A stretch of 20,000 nt of DNA from Catajapyx aquilonaris (lineage: Eukaryota), in assembly GCA_000934665.2 (NCBI GenBank), contig JYFJ02001616.1, positions 54,543 through 74,542 on the forward strand, written 5' to 3'. Below, piece by piece: positions 13,501-20,000 of the stretch. The notes under the pieces were generated by a model. It was not told the origin of the DNA and did no database searches. It saw nothing but the letters and a program-made list of their open reading frames with translations. The first letter of the stretch is position 1; each line of letters starts with the position of its first letter. Made by a program: the position numbers and the translations under genes.

Positions 13501-16500
13501 GATGGCAAGCCAGAAATGTGTGTGATAAAATTACACTGTGCTTTATTAAACTAAACATTTTGAAAGTATTGTTTTAGTAAGTTTAGTAGAAAAGTACCCA
13601 GCCCGATTTCTGGCTGGAATAGTCGGCGATACTTTTAAATACGTTTAAAATTTTTAGTGTAATAGAGCACAGAGTAAAAATACTGAGGCGTAACTATACA
13701 CATCACAAGCGAGTTTGTATCATCCAAGGTAATACATCATATTTTGATGTTAATAAAAGTAGTTGTTGTTTTTATTCGTAGTAGTATTAGTTGTTAGTAA
13801 GTAGTATTAGCCCAGGCAGAGTTATTTTTATCTATGTGGCTATATCACAAGGTACTTTGTTATTTGATGTTACACATTAGAATGTTGTTGGAAACATTCA
13901 GGCCCACCAAGTGAGGGAGGGATTACGAGAGGGGAGGTGTAGCGTGTAGGTGCAAGTTGTGTTGTTATGAGTGTCTTCTCGCCTTCCCGGGCTGGGTATC
14001 ATCTTTAACTCCCACCTGAGACAAAGCCAGAAAGATCCTAACCTTTGAAAAGATGAGAAATGGAAAACTGGGCTTGGGATTGAAGCAGGACGTTTCTATC
14101 CATGGATATGGATCAATAGTGAAAAAAGGTGCAATTCCATTTCCAAAAAATAAATAAATGTAAATATTTTTTAAAGAAATATTTTTTAAAAAAATTACCT
14201 CTGGTGTTCCCACAAAAATAACGGCAGAGATCATAGACTTATATTTCACCTTTTTAAATAAATTATACAAATGCTGTATCTACAGCTGTATAGCCTACAC
14301 ACAGTTAAGAATACATAGTCTACTTGACCTTGACAAACTAAGTGTGACGCAGGGTGTAGAACTGAACCAAGTGGCTAGCACAGTTCGCAGTATAAATGTA
14401 AGTAATACTTCAAATCGCTTCAAATGCAATGAAACAAGAAATGTGTAAATTCAGAGTATACTCGAGACCTATCCGTATGCTTACATCTGACAATAAAGTA
14501 GTGTACAGCGATGAGTGGATTAGAAACATGGCATAGATGGTCCAAAACATTCAAATAGGTTATTAAAATCCTGTCCTTGAACATCTGACCGCGCCTAGGG
14601 GCGCCTGTGGACGGGTAGTGTCCACGGACATGACATCCACGGATGTGACAAACTCTCTGTTTATTCCACGTAAAACGTGGTAAGTTTAGGTTACAAACTT
14701 TTAGTTCAAATGAGTAAGCTCTTTGTACCTAATACTACACGTACTTGAGCAAAAATTGAAATTTGAACTGCTTACGTACATTTACCAGGTGCCACAGACT
14801 GATCTCAACACTTCACTAAATCTGACGTTTAGAGCAGAATTACACGCCTTCAAGCAACCAACCCAACAGGTTTTTGATTCTGCTTCTCAATATGGCTGCA
14901 TCAGCAGGCAAAAAGACAAAAATCCTGCACATTGCTGCTTCCTGGATAATTTTATAACAGTTTTTGTTTTTGTCCACGGCCTGACAGGAAACCTTGGGAC
15001 AAAATTCCTCTTACAATAAAATCGATGCAATTTGGAACTTCAGGACGAAGAATGCACTAGCCTTTACCTGCAGTATTCCTTTCTCCATTACTCTAATATA
15101 AAAAGTGAACATAATACCATCTTATGCCTTGCATAAAAATGGCCAAAACTACGAAAGTGAAGGTTGGGACAAGCCACGGTCCACGGACATGACATGTCAT
15201 GCTCTGTGACCTAAAGAAAAATATGAATGAATTTTCTCATTACATATTTGTTATGTGCCCGTATTCGGCAAGTTGCAATCTTATTTCTTTGTATGTAATC
15301 TGGTTTTCAGATGTTATATTAAGTCCAGAAATTAGCTGGGACATGAAATTGCAGGTTTTTTTTTCACTATGTACCCATATGAGCATTACTGCTGCTTCAT
15401 TCTGCCTGTCCATCAGGGGGGGAGGAAGCTGCGACAAGTGTCTTCTGTGTTTGCCTGGTATAAGTTTTAACCAATTAAGGATACCTTTCTGGGTGGGGGG
15501 GGGGGGGNATTGTATACAAATGCTGTTGCAATATTATGAATTGTTGTCATTACAGAGTAGTACATCTGGATGTGGCACATTTTGGCCTTTGCCTCAATGG
15601 CTCTGCACCAAGAGAAAATTGCCCGGTGTCATGTCGACATGCTCCAAGAGATGGTCCTTTGTGTGGATCTGATGGCAATACTTACACAAGCACATGCGAG
15701 ATGAAACTGCGGACATGTGGGTAGGTCACAATTATTCATTTGCAGTTATTTCTATTCTTTGCATGGGCAAAAGTAAAACATGTTTTTTAGCCAAGGAGTG
15801 GTGAGAACATCACTCAAGAGGTGTCCTACCACTAAGCATTGTGGTGATGTATGCTGGAGGATCTCCAAGCCTACTTGTGGTTCTGATGGCAAACTGTATC
15901 CCAATGGGTGTTCCATGAAACTGAAGAATTGCGGGTGAGAAGCAACTTTGATGAATTTCATTATGTTCTACTGACATGTGTCACTTTTCAGGCGCCATGT
16001 GTTTGAAGTTCCTATGCCATTTTGCCTTCCTCGACCTCGTAATTTGGATGGGTCTGGGTGTCCATCAAGGTGTGCAGATGAAGCCATTGCTCCAGTGTGT
16101 GGTTCAGATGGAAATCTCTATGACAATGAGTGTGAACTCCAGATGCTCAACTGTGGGTAAGTTTTAAAAAACATGTCATTATTAGCAGTGTTTCATCTGA
16201 CATTGCACTCTTGATCTCTTCATCCAGGAATAGAAGAAATCCAGTATACAAAGTGGAACTCGACAGGTGCCAGGACAAAGCAGAGAAGTGCAGCCGAATT
16301 TACTGTGATGATGAGGAAGATCCCATATGTGCTACAGACGGAAAGACGTACTTCAACAAGTGCCACTTTCAGATTGCCATGTGCAGGTGAGACACAATCA
16401 TGGACACAATGCTTGTTGTGCAAGAGAGTTTTGGTGTAATGAGACACCTTAACTCATGCAGAAAGAATGTTCAACCAGCCCACTTAGGAGCATGTACTAA

Positions 16501-16848
16501 TATCACATCAAAGGAACATTGCCCTCTCCGCTGCTCCAAGCCACAGAAGGATGACCCTCTCATATGTGGATCAGATGGCAATGTTTATAGGTAAGGGTCT
16601 CATAAGTGCATGGGTCGTCATATTAAATAACCATTGTAACATGCAGGTCTGAATGCGAGATGAACAAAGCTACCTGCAGTCAGCATGTTGTTGCAGTATC
16701 ATTACGCCACTGCCAAACTACTGCATACTGCAATGCTATATGTGAACCTACTAGTAATTATGTGTGCGGATCTGATCTCAAGTTTTATCGCAATGAATGT
16801 GAAATGAGGAAGAGGAACTGTGGGTTAGTATTTGTGTTGTTGTTGTTG

Positions 16849-16895
<47 letters not shown>

Positions 16896-17181
16896 ATAAT
16901 AACTACAGAAACTGCTAGACTAGCACATAATAAAATAATAATTGTTTCTCAGGAGGCACATGTTCATGGTGCCAATGAAGCGCTGCTTAGCAGGTTTCCG
17001 GATGCAGGGGTGTAATCGCTTCTGCCCTAGGGAGTATGACCCCATCTGTGCCTCAGATGGCAAAACCTATGCCAATGACTGTTTCCTGCAATTAGAATCT
17101 TGCCATTCACACATTACCAAAAAGCATCACGGAAAATGTGGCCAACCAATCACGCCGCCAACTAATCATCTGTACCGGTAA
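4393..17181 (+). CDS. Multi-exon gene, 5'-incomplete: nine-Kazal-domain protein (agrin-like / CG32354-like Kazal-type protease inhibitor family). Join 4393-4533,7352-7502,15556-15720,15791-15934,15992-16156,16228-16386,16462-16590,16647-16823,16953-17181
   Basis: All 8 introns are GT..AG with compatible phases (1,2,2,2,2,2,2,2). Exons total 1460 nt and stay open to TAA at 17179-17181. There are nine C-x3/4-C-x7-10-C-(G/A)(S/T)(D/N)-x3-Y-x3-C-x6-C..C Kazal motifs. Family resemblance is from recall, not a search. Confidence 0.93.
7352..7502 (+). CDS. Kazal gene coding exon B (end of domain 1; domain 2: [31 protein letters not shown])
   Basis: Acceptor CAG ending 7351; donor GTCAGT at 7503; phase 1-2. 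Confidence 0.92.
10680..11390 (-). mobile_element. GC-richer degenerate coding-like segment, possibly the post-RT region of an R2/NeSL-like non-LTR element
   Basis: Minus-strand fragments [18 protein letters not shown] and CMDQHGRAY fall in the order expected for (D..IR.A...GGLGIPS..W...QG). Multiple stops and frameshifts. Confidence 0.25.
12540..12720 (-). mobile_element. Degenerate tRNA-derived SINE with a V-domain-like core
   Basis: Minus strand shows an A-box-like TGGTACAGTTGT (~12701-12713) and a B-box-like GTTAAATCCC (12661-12670), then GTTCTCTCCATGTTCGCGTGGTTTTCTCGGGGTTCTCCG. This resembles the V-SINE core GTTCTCCCCGTGTCTGCGTGGGTTTCCTCCGGGTGCTCCG. The 3' boundary is uncertain. Confidence 0.65.
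14620..15195 (+). repeat. Dispersed direct repeats of CCACGG(A)nnTGACA
   Basis: Identical 17-mer GTCCACGGACATGACAT at 14620-14636 and 15179-15195; variants CCACGGATGTGACA at 14637-14650 and CCACGGCCTGACA at 14974-14986. Confidence 0.8.
15556..15720 (+). CDS. Kazal gene coding exon C (domain 3: [34 protein letters not shown])
   Basis: TTACAG acceptor ending 15555; donor GTAGGT at 15721; 165 nt, phase 2-2. Confidence 0.93.
15791..15934 (+). CDS. Kazal gene coding exon D (domain 4: [32 protein letters not shown]); not in the ORF track
   Basis: TTTTTTAG acceptor ending 15790; donor GTGAGA at 15935; 144 nt; translated by hand. Confidence 0.93.
15992..16156 (+). CDS. Kazal gene coding exon E (domain 5: [33 protein letters not shown])
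   Basis: TTTTCAG acceptor ending 15991; donor GTAAGT at 16157; 165 nt. Confidence 0.93.
16228..16386 (+). CDS. Kazal gene coding exon F (domain 6: [32 protein letters not shown]); not in the ORF track
   Basis: CCAG acceptor ending 16227 (in-frame alternative AGs at +6 and +9 exist); donor GTGAGA at 16387; 159 nt. Confidence 0.9.
16462..16590 (+). CDS. Kazal gene coding exon G (first half of domain 7: [23 protein letters not shown])
   Basis: TGCAG acceptor ending 16461; donor GTAAGG at 16591; 129 nt. Confidence 0.92.
16647..16823 (+). CDS. Kazal gene coding exon H (end of domain 7; domain 8: [32 protein letters not shown])
   Basis: TGCAG acceptor ending 16646; donor GTTAGT at 16824; 177 nt. 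Confidence 0.92.
16837..16902 (+). repeat. Compound microsatellite (TTG)5(TTA)14(TAA)3 in the last intron
   Basis: Read directly from the sequence. Confidence 0.97.
16953..17181 (+). CDS. Kazal gene last coding exon (domain 9: [31 protein letters not shown]...HHGKC; C-terminus PPTNHLYR*)
   Basis: TTTCTCAG acceptor ending 16952; stop TAA at 17179-17181. Confidence 0.93.
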
Positions 17182-17426
17182 TCATTTGCAAAGTCTGTCT
17201 TGTTTGGTGCTATAGAACAGTAGGTGGCCAGCAACCTTCCTGCAGCTCCCAGCCTAGAAATTGAGTGCTCCCATTCCGTTTCCTGTCCCTTCACTGCCAA
17301 TTGTCAGGCAGTTTAATTTATATTATTGACTGCAATTATATAATTTTATTTACAACCACAAATTTATACTTTTCCCTGTGTCCTACCACTGTTGTACATA
17401 AAGTATCTTCTGACCAGTCCCATCAC

Positions 17427-17841
17427 ACCGTAAAGTGGGGATACTTTGGACAGTCACTTTTCTCTGGGTCAAGATTGGGCTTTTTTTTCTCACTCTTTAA
17501 TTTTTTAAATTTGTGAAAGTCTTTGGAGAGAGCACAAGCCGGGCAGGGAGGTAACATAAGTGGTGGTTTCAGCGAAATAAGTCACAAATGTCCAATACAC
17601 ATGCCATTGCTGAAACAAGGGGTGCAAAATTACCACTTGATGTTGCAGAGTTGTAGGTGAAGTCCCTTTATGTTGTGTCATTTTTTACCTAGTTATTTTA
17701 TCATGGGACTCGCATGCAGCCATTCACGCTTACATGGCTCTCAACTGGAGCCGTCCGTTTTACATTAATCTCGTGATGTCAGTAATACTGTGGGAGTTGT
17801 CCTGTGTTGCCCCACTGTGCAAAGTATCTCCATTGGACGGT
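17427..17841. mobile_element. Old MITE with imperfect ~28-bp TIRs (pogo/Fot1-like Tc1-mariner superfamily, tentative)
   Basis: Left end ACCGTAAAGTGGGGATACTTTGGACAGT; reverse complement of right end ACCGTCCAATGGAGATACTTTGCACAGT. No clean TA TSD remains. Confidence 0.65.
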
Positions 17842-17857
17842 CAGTATTCATTTTGTG

Positions 17858-17863
17858 AATAAA
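17858..17863 (+). promoter_or_regulatory. Candidate polyadenylation signal for the Kazal gene
   Basis: First canonical AATAAA I see downstream of the stop codon at 17181; its use is not demonstrated. Confidence 0.35.
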
Positions 17864-18196
17864 GGCTTGGTTTACATGCAATTGCGCACTTTTTCCCGTC
17901 CCTTTAGTATGAGATGGTCAAGCTTTGCTATACATATATGGATATACAGACACTCTGTCAGGGTTCTTATTATATAAGTTACAAGGTCAAGGATACCTAA
18001 AGGAGAAGGAACAAAGCATGTGAAGTGGGCATTCCTGCGAAACACATCCTTCAATTCTGGCGCCATCATGCACATCAGGTGGGTTAATTTTCCATTGCGG
18101 TACCTATTACTTTCTAGCTCCAAAACATCATGTATGTTCTCATTAACATTCCTTTAGAGCAGAGGAATGTTGCCTTATTTCCACCATGTCATAAAC

Positions 18197-18443
18197 CAGT
18201 GGTTTCCAACCAAGGGGGTTGTGACTCTCAGGGGGATTGCGGCCAGGGTCGCGGGGGGTCACGAGCCTTGGTTGAACTTTTTAAATGCAATTTCTGTGTC
18301 AATTGAACCATTTTTGCGGCCGTACAGAATGTATGTTTTCTGGAAAGGGGCAGTTGTGGGAGGGGCCGGGGAGGAGAGGAAGGGGNCACATTTATGGAAA
18401 CATGTTTAGGGGGTTGCAGTTGGTAAAAGGTTGGAAACCACTG
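18197..18443. mobile_element. 247-bp non-autonomous hAT (Charlie/Buster-type) MITE
   Basis: Perfect 15-bp TIRs CAGTGGTTTCCAACC (18197-18211) and GGTTGGAAACCACTG (18429-18443); perfect 8-bp TSD TCATAAAC at 18189-18196 and 18444-18451. An 8-bp TSD and CAG termini are typical of hAT elements. Confidence 0.95.
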
Positions 18444-18524
18444 TCATAAACCTTTGCCTATATGGATATGTAACTGAATTTAAAAATCCAGACCAAAAAG
18501 TGTTACAACCAACCCTGATCTCCC

Positions 18525-19458
18525 TTACTTCAGAGCACAGGTTGCCAGTTCTGGATAGTCATTCTTCAGCCCAAAAGTTGACAAAGTGTTTTTTTGCCCA
18601 AATTCAAATTTCAAACTTCTCTTTATAGAAATTTCAATGACCTTTTCCTCATCCTGCACTGACATGTTTGGAATTGGGAAAGTAATATCAAACAGGGTCC
18701 TCCTGATCCTGTTGGTTGACATGTCCCTCTTGGGAAAATTATTTCTAAACTGTTGTGGCAAAGAAAACCAAGCATTAGATGGTCCAGTATGCCAGGTTGG
18801 ACGCTGACCTCCACTGGACCACCGCAGTAGCTTAGTCGGACCACCGGTATTTCCACATGTGCTCCAGTTAGTGCATTAAGCTATCTGCTCCAAGCTTTAT
18901 ATTATGTATTATGAATCAGGATCATGGTTCCTGCAAGTCATACGTGGAAGTTAGGAATCAGGCAAAAAATTTGAATTGGGACATAAAAGGCAATGGGTTG
19001 GGTCAGAACAGAACAGGGCCCAGAAAACCTACAAAGCTGGCATCAGACAGCAACAAAATTTTTTGAAGTGGATCAAGAATATAGTTGGAATTGGAAAATA
19101 CTGTACTTCTGGCAAAACAGTTGAATTTTTTTGATGGTGATATAGAAAACTGGTGGTTAGCAAGTGATCAGAAATTGCTGTTGCAGTACTTCATGGAGAA
19201 AACCTGATTATGTGCAACTGATTAATAAGCCAACGTTACGGGGCAAACGTTAGCACTCATGCAAGGTAGAACCAAATATTAATGCCATATCCTATTTTCA
19301 GAGTCATTGCAATGTGACTATGCTTTGCAATTCAGGTTTTCATAGCTAACAGGAGACTCAATGGCAAAAATCCTATGATCATCCACATCCTGCATTGCCA
19401 ACCTGAGCTCAAGAACAGTTCATTCATCTCTGGAGCCTGGCATTTGTTTGGTTGCTAA
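18525..19458 (-). pseudogene. Decayed hAT transposase (Buster/Charlie, ZBED5/SCAND3-like) fragments
   Basis: 18525-18793 reads ILDHL../QQFRNNFPK..NRIRRTLF..SVQDEEKVIEISIKRSLKFEF..KNDYPELATCALK. This resembles the Buster C-terminal region (WIRNPF..EEEQLIE...LK..F..EYPELA..AL). Weaker upstream motifs in the expected order: LATKQMP (19438-19458), VLELR (19402-19416), LAY*S (19219-19233). Frameshifts and stops are present. Confidence 0.75.
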
Positions 19459-19513
19459 CAGATATTCAGTGTTCAGCCTGAATACAGGCTATACTCTTCA
19501 GAGTGTACAACAT

Positions 19514-19578
19514 TTTGATTTATTTATTTATTTTTATTTTATTTACCCCATTAGAGGGCGGAGCCCTTTTAGGGGGAC
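19514..19578 (-). mobile_element. 65-bp extremely 5'-truncated non-LTR retroelement (LINE/SINE 3' end)
   Basis: Flanked by a perfect 15-bp direct repeat CAGAGTGTACAACAT (19499-19513, 19579-19593). The minus strand reads a stem-loop (19546-19576) followed by a (TAAA)n-like tail. Confidence 0.85.
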
Positions 19579-19831
19579 CAGAGTGTACAACATCATTATT
19601 CATTAGATGGGGCATCCAGCATAGTAAAAAAAAGAGGCAAGGTCGGGAACAATAGAAAACCAAGCATTTGCACTTGTGTCTGCCTGTAGGGCATAAGCCT
19701 GTGTCCAGTATTCAGTTGCAAACTCCCTGATAGTGGGAGTGGCATGCTTTTTAGTTAATAATCCTGAAAGCCAGACAGATAGTTTTTGTGAGGCAGACAA
19801 AAAGAGATACCGTACGGTACACTTGAAGATA

Positions 19832-20000
19832 TGAGGGCATATCAAAAAGTTTTGGCCCCGAGACACTACCAATAAGCAGAGGAGGATTATTTTATTTTCA
19901 CTCCTCTACATAGTCCCCTCACACTGCCACACACTTGCACCAGCGGTGCTACAGCCTTCGGATACCATGGAGGAAGAAGTTCTTGTCGACCCCTCCCAAC
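19832..20000 (-). mobile_element. 3' end of a degenerate mariner transposon (continues beyond the window)
   Basis: Minus strand 19999-19898 encodes LGGVDKNFFLHGIRRL*HRWCKCVAV*GDYVEE*, the typical mariner C-terminus (FF..GI..L..RW.KC....GDY.E) with 2 internal stops. TIR-like TA|TGAGGGCATATCAAAAAGTTTTGG at 19830-19855. Confidence 0.9.

Noticed and set aside
13090..13640. AT-rich MITE-like segment
   Set aside because: No matching TIRs or TSD could be identified.
4393..17181. Naming the gene agrin or follistatin
   Set aside because: The protein stops right after Kazal 9 with no laminin-EGF, SEA or LamG domains, and it lacks the 10-Cys follistatin modules, so no gene symbol is assigned.
19603..19872. 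89-aa minus-strand ORF
   Set aside because: It starts inside the mariner terminal region, crosses the TIR, and has no recognisable domain.
1..20000. CRISPR array, rRNA/tRNA genes, prokaryotic operon or defence system
   Set aside because: No regularly spaced repeats, no cloverleaf or rRNA signature, and no long ORFs; the DNA is intron-containing eukaryotic sequence.

Overview
Eukaryotic (animal, probably arthropod) genomic DNA. The main feature is a + strand spliced gene. Nine GT-AG coding exons (4393-17181) join in frame into ~485 aa made of nine tandem Kazal/follistatin-type domains, resembling the arthropod 'agrin-like'/Drosophila CG32354-type multi-Kazal proteins. Its signal-peptide exon was not found. 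The Kazal array carries a 4-domain internal periodicity, and an intronic microsatellite reads in frame as poly-Leu. The remaining sequence is intronic or intergenic, with transposon debris: an intact hAT/Charlie-type MITE (15-bp TIRs, 8-bp TSD), a decayed hAT/Buster transposase, a mariner 3' end, a 65-bp LINE-type 3' stub with a 15-bp TSD, a V-domain-like SINE, a pogo-like MITE, and probable Harbinger and R2-like remnants. I see no convincing new biological system. All calls come from manual reading and translation, without database searches.
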